Positions 1-9,939 are shown, counted from the first letter of the stretch. The stretch: 64,000 nucleotides of DNA from an uncultured delta proteobacterium (GCA_963711565.1 CAVQEQ010000003.1:896001-960000), one strand, 5' to 3'. Numbers and translations are program-made. Notes: generated by a model from the sequence alone, not told the origin.

Positions 1-1
1 A

Positions 2-283
2 TCGTTCTCATTCACACTCAGCAACTCGGCCAAGAGCGGACCGCCGATCACCTTCGCAAGCCCGATAGCATTTTCGGTTCCGGCGAGCAGCCCGCAGGTA
101 TTCGGGTTCCCACAGTCGGGCGTCACGACCTGCCCTCAGCAGCTCCTACCGAAGAAAAAGTGCAAGTTGACCGTGCTATTCGAACCGGCCTCGAAGGGTC
201 AGCAGCCTTCGTCGGCGATAACCGTCTTCGACAACGCGACAGGCAACCCCCAGACGATTCCGCTAAGCGGGTCCGGGAAGTAG
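2..283 (+). CDS. 3' end of a secreted/surface protein with a C-terminal Ig-like (choice-of-anchor D / ASH-like) domain, partial
   Basis: Frame 2 is open from the window edge to TAG at 281-283: ...FTLSNS...TTCPQQLLPKKKCKLTVLFEPASKG...ITVFDNATGNPQTIPLSGSGK, the typical C..L....C...V.F.P / Q...LSG.G pattern. Confidence 0.7.
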   Translation, partial: SFSFTLSNSAKSGPPITFASPIAFSVPASSPQVFGFPQSGVTTCPQQLLPKKKCKLTVLFEPASKGQQPSSAITVFDNATGNPQTIPLSGSGK

Positions 284-308
284 CGCTGGCGTTCTCTCCA
301 CGAGCCTC

Positions 309-350
309 AAAAGAAAGCGGCGGACCACATGGTCCGCCGCTTTCTGTTTT
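309..350. terminator. Bidirectional intrinsic terminator
   Basis: Hairpin agaaagcggcggacca-ca-tggtccgccgctttct with an A-tract on the left and a T-tract on the right, between convergent genes. Confidence 0.85.
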
Positions 351-371
351 GGTCGGCGCGCAGTGGTGTGC

Positions 372-1799
372 TTACGCGTCGTAGTAGAGCGCGAATTCGT
401 ACGGATGGGGCCGCAACCGAATCGCGCTGACTTCGTTCGCCATCTTGTAATCAATCCAGGTCTCGATCAGGTCCTCGGTGAACACGTCGCCCTTGAGCAG
501 GAACTCGTGATCTTTCTTCAGGTTGCCCAGTGATTCCTCGAGCGACGCGGGCATGCTCGGCACCTCGGCGAGCTCGGCCGGCGTGAGTGCGTAGATGTCC
601 TTGTCGAGCGGCTGTCCGGGATCGAGCTTGCGCTGGATCCCGTCGATTCCCGCCATCAGCATCGCGGAGAACGCGAGATACGGATTGCAGGTCGGGTCGG
701 GGAAGCGTACTTCGATTCGCTTCGCCTTCGGCGACGGCGAGTACATCGGGATTCGCACCGAGGCCGAGCGGTTGCGTGACGAATACGCCAGGTTGATCGG
801 CGCCTCGAAGCCCGGCACCAGCCGCCGGTACGAGTTCGTCCCCGGATTGGTGAAGGCCGCGATTGTCGGCGCGTGATGCAGGATGCCCGCGATGTAGTGC
901 ATCCCAAGTTCCGACATCCCGGCGTAGCCGCTGCCAGCGAACAGCGGCGTCTCACCCTTCCAGATGCTCTGATGGGTGTGCATGCCGGTGCCGTTGTCGC
1001 CGAAAATCGGTTTGGGCATGAAGGTGGCCGTCATCCCGTGGCGGACCGCGACGTTCTTGACGATGTATTTGTACCAGGTCAGCCAGTCGGCCATTTTGGT
1101 CAGCGTCTGAAACCGCATGTCGATTTCGGCCTGGCCCGCGGTGGCGACTTCGTGATGCTGTTTCTCGACGCGGATTCCGACCCGCTCCATCTCGAGCACC
1201 ATCTCGGTGCGGATGTCCTGCAGGGTGTCCACCGGCGGCACGGGGAAGTAGCCGGCCTTGTTCTTGACCTTGAAACCGAGGTTCGCGCCTTCCTTGACGG
1301 CGCCCTCGCGCCCGCTGTTCCAGTTACCTTCGTTCGAATCGATGTAGTAGTAGCTCGCATTCTGCGTGGTGTCGTAGCGCAGCGAGTCGAAGATGAAAAA
1401 CTCCGGCTCGGGCCCAAAGAACGCCGAGTCGCCGATGCCGGTGGTCTTCAAGTAGGCCTCGGCCTTGCGCGAGATATTACGCGGGTCGCGCGTGTAATCG
1501 GCGCGGGTGATGGGATCGGAGATGTTGGCGATGATGCTCAGCGTCGGATCCTTGGTGAAAGGATCCATCACCGCAGTGTCTGGATCAGGAATCACCAGCA
1601 TGTCGCTGTTGTCGATCGCCTGCCATCCGCGAATCGACGAGCCGTCGAAGCCCAGCCCTTCATCGAACGGCGCTTCATCTTTGAACTCGGAGATCGGGGC
1701 AGTGAAATGCTGCCACGTGCCGAGCAGGTCGATGAATTTCACATCGACCATCACCACGCCCTTTTCCTTGATCATTGCCAATACTTGTTTTGGCGTCAT
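372..1799 (-). CDS. glnA: Glutamine synthetase type I
   Basis: [47 protein letters not shown], adenylylation-site KDIY, C-terminal [12 protein letters not shown]. Confidence 0.98.
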   Translation of the reverse strand: MTPKQVLAMIKEKGVVMVDVKFIDLLGTWQHFTAPISEFKDEAPFDEGLGFDGSSIRGWQAIDNSDMLVIPDPDTAVMDPFTKDPTLSIIANISDPITRADYTRDPRNISRKAEAYLKTTGIGDSAFFGPEPEFFIFDSLRYDTTQNASYYYIDSNEGNWNSGREGAVKEGANLGFKVKNKAGYFPVPPVDTLQDIRTEMVLEMERVGIRVEKQHHEVATAGQAEIDMRFQTLTKMADWLTWYKYIVKNVAVRHGMTATFMPKPIFGDNGTGMHTHQSIWKGETPLFAGSGYAGMSELGMHYIAGILHHAPTIAAFTNPGTNSYRRLVPGFEAPINLAYSSRNRSASVRIPMYSPSPKAKRIEVRFPDPTCNPYLAFSAMLMAGIDGIQRKLDPGQPLDKDIYALTPAELAEVPSMPASLEESLGNLKKDHEFLLKGDVFTEDLIETWIDYKMANEVSAIRLRPHPYEFALYYDA

Positions 1800-1989
1800 C
1801 GAAGCCGTAACCCTCCTAGCCGCTTAACGGGGCGGCGTATTTGTACCTGATGGTTGATCGATTTCTGAATCTCGTTTTCTGTCACGAAAGCTTCCCGAAC
1901 GCAACGCCCATCCAGTAGGCAGTTGACGCATACTCAAGCAGCTTCGAGTCCTGCATCACTCGCGCATCCCTCAAGGAACCCGTGCATTC

Positions 1990-2005
1990 TGCAAGCATTT
2001 TTCCC
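1990..2005 (-). promoter_or_regulatory. Possible sigma54 (-24/-12) promoter for glnA
   Basis: Minus strand GGGAAAAATGCTTGCA has GG-N10-GC spacing and TTGCA, but the -24 flank deviates from TGGCAC. Confidence 0.3.
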
Positions 2006-2009
2006 CAAA

Positions 2010-3023
2010 TCAGCCCAGCAGCTTGATAAAAGCAAAATAAATGCCGAGCATGACCAGTCCCATCGGCACACCGACCTTCGCCCACGCTGCGCTCCCGATT
2101 CTAAGCGCGCCCGCGCTGACGATGTTGGGAATGTTGCCGGGTATTAGCATCCCACCCGAAACCAGCAGCGATAGAATCGCCTCCCGCGCGCGCGGCAGCG
2201 TCATGCTATGTACCTCGAGCGCGACCAGCGTTGCGTTGTCGAGCGCGGCCGACACCGTGTTGGCCCAGAACAGAAGATCGTTGCTCATCTTGCTGACGTA
2301 CTCGTTCGCGATAGGGCCGTAAGCGTGGCTGATCATCACCAGCCCCGCGATGAACGCAAAGACCTTGCCCGCCTGAACGAAAATCGTCGTGTAGGATTGG
2401 CGTACGTGCATACCCGCCGGCGCTTCCTCGTACTCACCGCGGGCAAACGCGCCGGCGACGATCGAACTCGCCAGCACGCCCGGAAATACCCACGGCGCCA
2501 GCAGCTCGAACAACCCAAGGAAGTGCAGATCGAGCGCCCGTGCGGCCAGCGTCGAGAGCGGCTCGCCCAGCGGCGTCAGCGCCGCGCCCATGCCAATCGC
2601 GAAGCATCCCGCGACTGTCACGCGCACCCGCTTGTCGCCGGCGAAGTGCAGCAGCCCAATCACCTCGATCAGCACCAGCGCGCCGACGATCGCCGTGATG
2701 ATGCTCGAGATGGACGCGATTACAAACACCGACGCTGCCGTCAGTACCGGTCGCGATACTCGGCTTCGCAGCCGCCTGAAGACGCGGTCGAGCCCCGGCC
2801 GCGTCCATCCGAACAGCAGCGCCGCGACTATCACGGCGACGCTGATGGCGACGGGCTCATGCAACGCCTCGAGAATCAACTCGCGCGTAAAGCCGGTGCC
2901 CAGCAGCGTCGCGAGCACGCCGAGCGCGAGGCAGTACAGCTCGATGTTGTGTTCGATCTTCGCGACGGCGAGCGGGCCGAAGAGCAGCAGGACGAGAATT
3001 ACGACGGCGGACGTATGATTCAT
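2010..3023 (-). CDS. DUF1646-family multi-pass membrane protein (putative cation transporter)
   Basis: About 10 hydrophobic segments; motifs GAALTPLGEPLST, SAALDNATL, GGMLIPGNIPNI. Start moved to ATG 3023 because the longer ORF runs through a repeat and terminator. Confidence 0.8.
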   Translation of the reverse strand: MNHTSAVVILVLLLFGPLAVAKIEHNIELYCLALGVLATLLGTGFTRELILEALHEPVAISVAVIVAALLFGWTRPGLDRVFRRLRSRVSRPVLTAASVFVIASISSIITAIVGALVLIEVIGLLHFAGDKRVRVTVAGCFAIGMGAALTPLGEPLSTLAARALDLHFLGLFELLAPWVFPGVLASSIVAGAFARGEYEEAPAGMHVRQSYTTIFVQAGKVFAFIAGLVMISHAYGPIANEYVSKMSNDLLFWANTVSAALDNATLVALEVHSMTLPRAREAILSLLVSGGMLIPGNIPNIVSAGALRIGSAAWAKVGVPMGLVMLGIYFAFIKLLG

Positions 3024-3083
3024 GATCGGCGCGCGAACAACTATCACGCCGGGCTCGCATGCATCCAGCGTCTCGCGATTGTT

Positions 3084-3119
3084 CCCCTTCCCTCGAGGGA
3101 AGGCGTTAGGGATCAGGTT
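3084..3119. repeat. REP-like palindromic repeat
   Basis: ccccttccctcgagggaaggcgttagggatcaggtt, 32/36 identical to 11085-11120. Confidence 0.8.
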
Positions 3120-3158
3120 GCTGAAGGGAAGATAAGGCAGCGGTTCTCTCCGCAAGCC

Positions 3159-3199
3159 AAAAAGAGAAGCGGCGGGTCCGGTTTTCGGACCCGCCGCTT
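3159..3199 (-). terminator. Intrinsic terminator of the porin gene
   Basis: Stem aagcggcgggtccg / cggacccgccgctt followed on the minus strand by ctctttttt-like tract. Confidence 0.8.
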
Positions 3200-3236
3200 G
3201 GCGCATCGCTGCGCGATTGATTTCCTCCCCCGAGCG

Positions 3237-4709
3237 TTAGAAGGCGTAAATGATATTGGCCGCCAGGGTGTCCTGCCCGTGCCACAGATGCTGCCCCGCA
3301 TAAGGCGCCGGTGGGGAACTGCTCACGAAATTGTTGTTGGTGAACGCATTCTGACTTGAATTGTCATGACGGTATTCCAGACGCGCGATCAGTCCCGTCA
3401 CTTCCGGTATCTTGTAGCTAAGTGTCTGGGTGATCTCCCACAGCGTCTGTGCCTGGCCGTCGGTGCGCGCTCCGTCCTCGTCGTCGAAGAATTCGGCGCG
3501 GGTTGCCGCTTCCAGCGCAGGATTGAAATCGTACACCACGTATCCCGCCGCACCCTGCCACGTAGCGCTGTGACCGTTGATCACAGGGCCACTCTGGGAC
3601 GCGTACAGGTACTCGGCTTGCAGCGTCAGGTTAGGTACGAACGACGGCTTCCAGGTCGCGATCGGATCGATCGCGCCCAAGTTGGAATCGGACTTGCTGA
3701 CTCCGGTGTTGGCGGGCTGAACATTCGGGCCATAAATGCCATTGACCACGAGGCTCAGCGACTTGTCCTTGTTGTTGAGTGTGAGTTCACCTTCAACGTT
3801 CGGACCGCCGTTTGAGTTGGCCTGTGGATCATCCCAGCCGTTGTTCAGACCAGCGGTGGCCGATACATAATCGTTGAACGTGTAGCTGGCGCGTACGCCG
3901 GTATGCGTGAGCGGTTCGCCCAGGGTAAACAGCAGGCCGCGGCTCTCGTTGAAGTTCTGATTGTTGTAAACCGGAATGACCTCGGCGCCCAGCAGCGTTA
4001 CGAAACGGCCGGCTTGAAAATTCACGCCCGATCCAAACGGCGCGGTGTAAGTCAGGTAGTACTGCGTCGGATCGAACCATTGCGGCCCGACGTGTCCTAC
4101 GTTCGAGTAATTGGTGCCCGCGGAAATCGAGTTCGCGACCTGGCCGAAATTCAGGTCGGTGACGAATCCAACGGTCCCATCGCGCTCGATGTGCAGATTG
4201 CCCTGCGTGAGCGTAAATCCGTCCTCGTCCCATGCGCGGAAGGTGTTGGTGTTGCCGTTGGGCTGATTGAAGTTATGCTCGTAGCCGGCATCCACCAGCG
4301 CATGAACGCTGATACCAAGATTATCAGAGAGGTTCTTCTGGATCGCGGCGATGTTGGTCTCGGCCAGGCCGACATGCTGGCCGATTGTGGTCGGCGACGC
4401 GGATGCCGCCGGCTGTGCGACAACCATCGCTGCTTCTATCTTTTTCACTTCGCTGGTTGTGTCGTCTGTCTGTTTCTGCAGATTGCCAACCTGCCCGGCT
4501 AGTTGATTGAGCCGCTCCTCCTCGTCGGGCCCGCCGGCGGGTGTAGTTGAGGTGGTCGTGCTGACCACGTGGTGATGATGCCTGTGGGTCGTCGTCGTCG
4601 TTGTCGCTGTCTGTGCCCAGGCTTTCGCATTGCACAGCATCCCGAGCACCGCGACGCCGACCACCAGGCGAAGCCAAGCAACGCCCCGAGTCGTACTCGT
4701 TCTATTCAC
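3237..4709 (-). CDS. Outer-membrane beta-barrel protein (DUF1597/BBP2 porin-like) with N-terminal His-rich and coiled-coil extension
   Basis: GTG start after GGAGGAG RBS; signal peptide ending AKAWA; motifs GRFVTLLGAEVI, THTGVRASY, NNGWD, RAEFFDD, RLEYRHD; C-terminal Phe (IIYAF). Confidence 0.85.
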   Translation of the reverse strand: MNRTSTTRGVAWLRLVVGVAVLGMLCNAKAWAQTATTTTTTHRHHHHVVSTTTSTTPAGGPDEEERLNQLAGQVGNLQKQTDDTTSEVKKIEAAMVVAQPAASASPTTIGQHVGLAETNIAAIQKNLSDNLGISVHALVDAGYEHNFNQPNGNTNTFRAWDEDGFTLTQGNLHIERDGTVGFVTDLNFGQVANSISAGTNYSNVGHVGPQWFDPTQYYLTYTAPFGSGVNFQAGRFVTLLGAEVIPVYNNQNFNESRGLLFTLGEPLTHTGVRASYTFNDYVSATAGLNNGWDDPQANSNGGPNVEGELTLNNKDKSLSLVVNGIYGPNVQPANTGVSKSDSNLGAIDPIATWKPSFVPNLTLQAEYLYASQSGPVINGHSATWQGAAGYVVYDFNPALEAATRAEFFDDEDGARTDGQAQTLWEITQTLSYKIPEVTGLIARLEYRHDNSSQNAFTNNNFVSSSPPAPYAGQHLWHGQDTLAANIIYAF

Positions 4710-4798
4710 TATCTCCTCCCTCCGAGATGCGCGGCCCCTCGCCGCGGCTTCCTGCGCCCACACGTAGTGGGCTACGGTGATTAACCGGCTGCCTTGGT

Positions 4799-4814
4799 TA
4801 CAAGATTCATACCG
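4799..4814 (-). promoter_or_regulatory. Possible sigma54 promoter for the porin gene
   Basis: Minus strand CGGTATGAATCTTGTA versus consensus TGGCACG-N4-TTGCW (-12 is GT rather than GC), about 90 bp upstream of the start. Confidence 0.35.
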
Positions 4815-5009
4815 GTGTATTAATTGAACGATGTCGAAATTCCTTTGTAGAGATAAGGACTTTCGGCCATCGGTCAGTGATTGGTGATGCCCGTATGGAA
4901 TGCATTTGCCGGGTGATTAATCAGATTCGAGCTAGCAGAGTCAAGATACCCCTCTGCGGCGGCATCTCGTGAAGGGCGCATGACCGCATCATTATGAGAC
5001 TGTAAGAAC

Positions 5010-6176
5010 ATGAATTTTGAACTAACAGAAGCCCAAGAAGAGATCGTCAGGCAGGTTCGCACCCTGTGCACAAACTATCCCGACGAATACTGGCGCGAGC
5101 ACGACCGGCGCGCCGAGTTTCCCCACGACTTCTTCGCCGCAGTCGCTGCCGCCGGCTACCTCGGGGTCGCGATTCCGGAGAGCTACGGCGGCAGCGGGCT
5201 CGGCATCACCGAGGCCGCCCTCGTGATGCGCGAAGTCGCCGCTTCGGGCGGTGCGATGGCGGCCGCCAGCGCGGTTCATCTCTCGATCTTCGGCGTCAGC
5301 CCGCTCGTCTTCCACGGCAGCGAGGAACAGAAGCTCCGCTACCTGCCCAAGGTCGTCAGCGGCGAGATGCACGTGGCGTTCGCCGTCACCGAGCCCGACG
5401 CCGGCAACGACATCACGCATATCAAGACCGCCGCCCGCCGCGACGGCGACAACTACGTCATCAACGGGCGCAAAGTCTTTACCACCAAGGCACGCGAGGC
5501 AAAGAGGATGCTGCTGCTCACGCGCACCACGCCGTTCGAGCAGGTCGCAAAGAAGACCGATGGCATGAGCCTGTTCTTCGCCGAGCTCGAACCGTCAGCC
5601 GTTGAAATTCGCGAACTCGAAAAACTCGGCCGTGCCGCCGTCGACACCAACCTGCTGTTCATCGACAATTTGAAAGTGTCGGCGTCGGATCTGATCGGCG
5701 GCGAAGGCCGCGGTTTTCATTGCCTGCTCGACGGCTTGAATCCCGAGCGCATCCTGGTTGCCGCCGAGGCGATCGGAATCGGCCGCGCCGCGATCGCCAA
5801 AGCGGTCAGGTACGCAAAAGAGCGCGTCGTCTTCGGCCGCCCGATCGGACAGAACCAGGCCATCGCGCATCCGCTCGCCGATTCGTACTCCAAGCTCGAA
5901 GCGGCGGAACTCATGATGCTCAAGGCGGCGTGGCTGTTCGACAATCGCAAACCCTGCGGTCCCGAGGCCAATACCGCGAAGCTGCGCGCCGCCGACGCCG
6001 CCTTCGAGGCCTGCGATCGCGCGGTGCAGACGCTCGGCGGTTACGGCTACGTGCGCGAGTACGACGTCGAGCGCTATTTCCGCGAATGCCGTCTGCTGAA
6101 GATCGCGCCGGTGTCGCAGGAGATGGTGTTGAACTCGATCGCCGAGCACGTGCTCGGCTTGCCGCGGTCATACTAG
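5010..6176 (+). CDS. Acyl-CoA dehydrogenase family protein
   Basis: FAVTEPDAG, INGRKVF, GLNPERI, R.VFGRPIGQNQAI, QTLGGYGY.REYDVERYFRE. Confidence 0.95.
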   Translation: MNFELTEAQEEIVRQVRTLCTNYPDEYWREHDRRAEFPHDFFAAVAAAGYLGVAIPESYGGSGLGITEAALVMREVAASGGAMAAASAVHLSIFGVSPLVFHGSEEQKLRYLPKVVSGEMHVAFAVTEPDAGNDITHIKTAARRDGDNYVINGRKVFTTKAREAKRMLLLTRTTPFEQVAKKTDGMSLFFAELEPSAVEIRELEKLGRAAVDTNLLFIDNLKVSASDLIGGEGRGFHCLLDGLNPERILVAAEAIGIGRAAIAKAVRYAKERVVFGRPIGQNQAIAHPLADSYSKLEAAELMMLKAAWLFDNRKPCGPEANTAKLRAADAAFEACDRAVQTLGGYGYVREYDVERYFRECRLLKIAPVSQEMVLNSIAEHVLGLPRSY

Positions 6177-6188
6177 CCGGCGCTGCTG

Positions 6189-6542
6189 ATGCGTAAGGGC
6201 GCGATCATCGTTCTGCTCGCCGGGCTATGCTTCGTGGGCTACGTGTTCTATTCCCTGACCACCGTCGAACCGGTCAAAGTGGCCGACACTCGCCTCGTGC
6301 GCAGCGGCGATGTGGTGTCGGTCGAAGGCGAGGTTCGCAACACCGGCGACGACACGGGCCCGCTCCAGATAGAGGTGCACTATTTCGACCGCGACGGACA
6401 CTCGGTCGGCAAGGACGTCGTCTCGATGGACGGCCTGCGCCGCGGCGCCGCCACTCATTTCAAGAGTCCGCCGCACCGCGACGACGGCGTCGCGGATTTT
6501 TCCATATATCTGAACCACGGTCGAAATCCGTACGGAAATTGA
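6189..6542 (+). CDS. Membrane-anchored small Ig-like (FxLYD-like) protein
   Basis: N-terminal TM; VEGEVRNTG...IEVHYFDRDG.SVG pattern. Confidence 0.65.
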   Translation: MRKGAIIVLLAGLCFVGYVFYSLTTVEPVKVADTRLVRSGDVVSVEGEVRNTGDDTGPLQIEVHYFDRDGHSVGKDVVSMDGLRRGAATHFKSPPHRDDGVADFSIYLNHGRNPYGN

Positions 6543-6674
6543 GCCCGGACGCCGCGCTTCGATTCGCAGCTTGAATATTTTCAGAAGGTTCGCAGTCTAA
6601 ACAGTTTGTAGGCTGCCTTGTCCAGATGTATGAGGCTGGTTCAAGGGGTTCCGACGCGAACATCACTATTATGC

Positions 6675-6734
6675 TTGCCTCTAAGGCGCTATGCTGGTAC
6701 TAACTGTAAGTGTCGAATACCACCATTTTGGTGG
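6675..6734 (+). promoter_or_regulatory. Candidate sigma70 promoter plus palindromic operator upstream of the XRE regulator
   Basis: TTGCCT-N17-TACTAA (6675-6703) and perfect dyad CCACCA-ttt-TGGTGG (6720-6734) in an AT-rich intergenic region. Confidence 0.4.
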
Positions 6735-6791
6735 CGTGCGCGCAAAATCGCATAAAATCGGCACACGTACAAAAGGGGAAAGAGGTTTTCT

Positions 6792-7220
6792 ATGCCACGC
6801 ATCAAGGAACGTACTTTCGGACTGGTCATTCGTGAGCGGAGAAGGCAACTCGATCTGACCCAGGAAGAAGTTGCCCACCGCATCAAAACCTCAACGCCAT
6901 ATGTCGGTCACCTGGAATCCGGCAAACGCCATCCGTCCGACAAGATCCTTACGCGCATGGCGGAAGTGCTTGGACTCGATCGCCGCGAGTTGTTCTTCCT
7001 CGCCAATCCCCGTGCGCAGGCCCTGCTGAGTCCCGAGGTCGAGACCGCGGCCGAATCGGCGTGGGATGACTTCAGGAAGAATGAGCAACTGCGGCGCATT
7101 CACAACGTTACCCCCAGCGAGATGGAGATGCTTTCGCGAGTTGCGTTGCTCGGCGACGTACGTTCGCCGCGCGATTTCATCTACATTCTGAATACCGTGC
7201 GCCACGCAGTCGGGAGATAA
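6792..7220 (+). CDS. XRE-family HTH transcriptional regulator
   Basis: FGLVIRERRRQLDLTQEEVA...YVGHLESGKRHPS; RBS AGAGG. Confidence 0.9.
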   Translation: MPRIKERTFGLVIRERRRQLDLTQEEVAHRIKTSTPYVGHLESGKRHPSDKILTRMAEVLGLDRRELFFLANPRAQALLSPEVETAAESAWDDFRKNEQLRRIHNVTPSEMEMLSRVALLGDVRSPRDFIYILNTVRHAVGR

Positions 7221-7248
7221 CCGATTCGATCGTAGCGAGCCGTTCATT

Positions 7249-7287
7249 AAAAGACGTGAGAGGATTGTCTCTCGCGTCTTTTTTTTT
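7249..7287 (+). terminator. Intrinsic terminator
   Basis: aaaagacgtgagag / ctctcgcgtctttt stem followed by T9. Confidence 0.85.
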
Positions 7288-7318
7288 GCGCAGCGCAAAG
7301 CCTAAGCTCGACCGCATC

Positions 7319-8611
7319 ATGGGCGAACCTGCACCCGCGCGTGAGACCGCGCCGGGAATTCCGCGATGGCCGCAACGCTACACGGTCGTCGCGCTGTTCT
7401 TTCTCGGCACCGCGCTTTGTTACATCGATCGCATCAGTATCTCGGTCGCGATAATCCCGCTTGCCCGCCAGTTCGGCTACGACTCCGCCGCGCAGGGCCT
7501 GGTGCTCTCGGCCGTCTTCTGGGGTTACCTGTGGACGCAGCTCGTCGGCGGATGGATGGCCGATCGATTCGGCGGCCATCGCGTGCTGGCGGCCGGCGTC
7601 GCAATCTGGTCGCTCGCGACTTTCGTCACGCCCACCGCCGCCGCCGCGACATTTTCTGCGCTGCTCGCCGCGCGCGTACTGCTCGGGCTCGGGGAGGGCG
7701 TGAACTTCCCATCGATTCATAGCCTCACGGCCCGCTGGACGCTGCCGTCGGAGCGCGCGCGCGTGCTGTCAGTCAACTACAGCGGGATGTATGTCGGCAC
7801 GGTCGCGGCGCTCATCGCGAGTCCGCTGATCATCAAGGCGTTCGGATGGCCCGCACTATTCTATATTTCAGGCACGCTCGGTCTGGTCTGGGTTGCGGTG
7901 TGGTTGTACGTCGCCGCCGACCGCCCCGAGACTTCATCGAGAGTAACCGTCGCTGAATTGACGTTGATCACGTCGTTGCGCACCGCCGAGCCTCGCGCGA
8001 TGCGAGTACCGTGGGCGGCAATCGCGCGCGAGCAAGCGGTCTGGGCGATCGTCGTCGCGCACTTCTGCAGCAACTTCGGATTCAACATCCTGCTGCTCTG
8101 GATGCCGACCTACCTGCATCACACGTTCAGCGTGCCGCTCGAGCGCGTCGGCGCGTATTCGATCATTCCATGGATCGTGACGTTCTTCATGATAACTTTC
8201 TCGGGCTGGCTCGCCGACGCTCTCATCGCGCGCGGCCTCAGCGTCGGCACAGTGCGCAAGTCGATGCAGACCACGGCTTTCGCGCTCGGCGCAATATCTC
8301 TCATGATGGTGCCGGCGGCGCATTCGCCGGCGATGGCGGTCGCGCTGCTCACGCTCGCAGCCTCGTCCAACGGCATCGGCTCTGCCGCCTTCGGTGTGAA
8401 TCATCTCAACGTCGCGCCGACCTACGCCGGAATCCTGATGGGAATCTCAAACACCTTCGCGACCATCCCCGGTATCATCGGCGTCGCGGCAACGGGACTG
8501 ATTGTGCAGGCGACCAAATCATTCAGCGCGGTCTTCTACCTGATCGCCGCGGTGTATTGCCTCGGGATGCTTCTATACCTGCGATGGGCCAGCGGCGAGC
8601 AGAGGCTCTGA
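7319..8611 (+). CDS. MFS transporter, anion:cation symporter (ACS) family
   Basis: YIDRISISVAI, GGWMADRFGG, RVLLGLGEG.NFP, GILMGISNTFATIPG; about 12 TM. Confidence 0.9.
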   Translation: MGEPAPARETAPGIPRWPQRYTVVALFFLGTALCYIDRISISVAIIPLARQFGYDSAAQGLVLSAVFWGYLWTQLVGGWMADRFGGHRVLAAGVAIWSLATFVTPTAAAATFSALLAARVLLGLGEGVNFPSIHSLTARWTLPSERARVLSVNYSGMYVGTVAALIASPLIIKAFGWPALFYISGTLGLVWVAVWLYVAADRPETSSRVTVAELTLITSLRTAEPRAMRVPWAAIAREQAVWAIVVAHFCSNFGFNILLLWMPTYLHHTFSVPLERVGAYSIIPWIVTFFMITFSGWLADALIARGLSVGTVRKSMQTTAFALGAISLMMVPAAHSPAMAVALLTLAASSNGIGSAAFGVNHLNVAPTYAGILMGISNTFATIPGIIGVAATGLIVQATKSFSAVFYLIAAVYCLGMLLYLRWASGEQRL

Positions 8612-8679
8612 ATTTCTCCGGTAGCGCACTCGCCGAGAGTCGCGATATACCGTCAGATGTCCCCGAGCGCGACCAATCG

Positions 8680-9939
8680 ATGAGCCAGACAAGCAAACTC
8701 TCGCCCTACCGATGGATCATCGAGGTCTTGCTCCTACTTCTGTTGACGGCGCAGTCGTTCGCGTGGCTCGCGCCAGCACCGATACTCCAGGAAATCAGGA
8801 ACGGACTCGGAATCTCGCTGAGTAGCGCCGGCCTGATCATCTCGATCATCGCGCTCTGCATCGGTATCTTCTCGCTGCTCGGCGCACTCGTCGCCGAGCG
8901 CATCGGCGCACTCCGCGCGTTGATTATCGGAATGTGGTTGATGGCGCTCGGACAGATCGCCAGCGGCTACGCTCCGAATTTCGCCGCGCTGCTCGCGTGC
9001 CGCGTGCTCGAGGGAGTCGGCTACGGCCTCGTGATCGCGCCGCCCGGCACGCTCACCATGCAATGGTTCGGTGAAGGCGAATGGCCGTACATCAACATGG
9101 TCAACTTCGCCTTCGGCTACGTCGGACTCACCGCCGTATTCCGCGCGACGCCGGCCCTGTTCGCCGCAGTCGGCTCGTGGCGGATGACTCTGCTGTGGTA
9201 CGGCGTCGGCTCGGCGGGCGTCGCAATGTTGTGGACGATCTTCGGCCGCGAGCATCGCGTCGAGACAGTCGCGGCCGCACCGAGCGCGGTCGAAGAGCCG
9301 GCCGAGCGCGGGTCGGCACTGATGGAAGTCGCGAAGATGCGCAACGTCCTCCTGGTCGCGGCCGGTCTCTTCGGCGGGATGTGGGTGTTCCAGATTTACA
9401 CCGCGTTCCTGCCTGAGTTCTTCCGCACCTACCGCGGCATGTCGATGGCCGAGGCGTCGCTGATGACGCAGGTGCTGCCGTTCACCGGCCTGTTCGCGGC
9501 GCTCGGCGGCGGAATCGGCACGGGGATGTCGGGACTGCGCAAACCGTTCACCTGGCCGATCGCGTTCACGACGTTGATCGGATGCGCCGGCGCGTTGATG
9601 TTTCCCGATCCGCTGTGGATTCGGATATCGCTGGTGCTCGTCGGGATCGGCTCGGCAGGGTCGCTCGCCGCAATTACAACTCTGATTATGGAATTGCCCG
9701 GCATGAATCCGACGCGCGTGGGCGCGGCACTGGGCTTCGTGTGGGCGATCGGTTACTTCGGCGCGTTCATCTCGCCGTTTCTCGGCGGCGCACTCGCCGC
9801 GCACATCGGCTTGCGCACCGTGATGCTCGGCTTCCTGGTCTTCCAGTTCCTCCCGATCATGACGATGTACTTCTTGCCCGAGACCGGCCCGGGCCGCACG
9901 CGTTACGAAATCGAACCCGCCCCCGCCTCTGCCTCGTAG
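8680..9939 (+). CDS. MFS transporter (CynX/NimT-like)
   Basis: About 12 TM; GALVAERIG, RVLEGVG, C-terminal LPETGP; ATG 8680 lies inside the spurious longer ORF. Confidence 0.85.
   Translation: MSQTSKLSPYRWIIEVLLLLLLTAQSFAWLAPAPILQEIRNGLGISLSSAGLIISIIALCIGIFSLLGALVAERIGALRALIIGMWLMALGQIASGYAPNFAALLACRVLEGVGYGLVIAPPGTLTMQWFGEGEWPYINMVNFAFGYVGLTAVFRATPALFAAVGSWRMTLLWYGVGSAGVAMLWTIFGREHRVETVAAAPSAVEEPAERGSALMEVAKMRNVLLVAAGLFGGMWVFQIYTAFLPEFFRTYRGMSMAEASLMTQVLPFTGLFAALGGGIGTGMSGLRKPFTWPIAFTTLIGCAGALMFPDPLWIRISLVLVGIGSAGSLAAITTLIMELPGMNPTRVGAALGFVWAIGYFGAFISPFLGGALAAHIGLRTVMLGFLVFQFLPIMTMYFLPETGPGRTRYEIEPAPASAS

Noticed and set aside
873-1850. Long antisense ORF over glnA (and similar ones over the RR/HK, secA, moxR/DUF58 and others)
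   Set aside because: Shadow ORFs expected from high GC3 codon bias; no motifs or RBS, and the opposite strand has a clear conserved gene
1860-1990. Possible glutamine riboswitch in the glnA leader
   Set aside because: Could not match the glnA-motif consensus on the coding strand; needs an Infernal scan
8011-8679. N-terminal extension making a 642-aa ORF
   Set aside because: Overlaps the upstream MFS gene in another frame; the real MFS starts at ATG 8680
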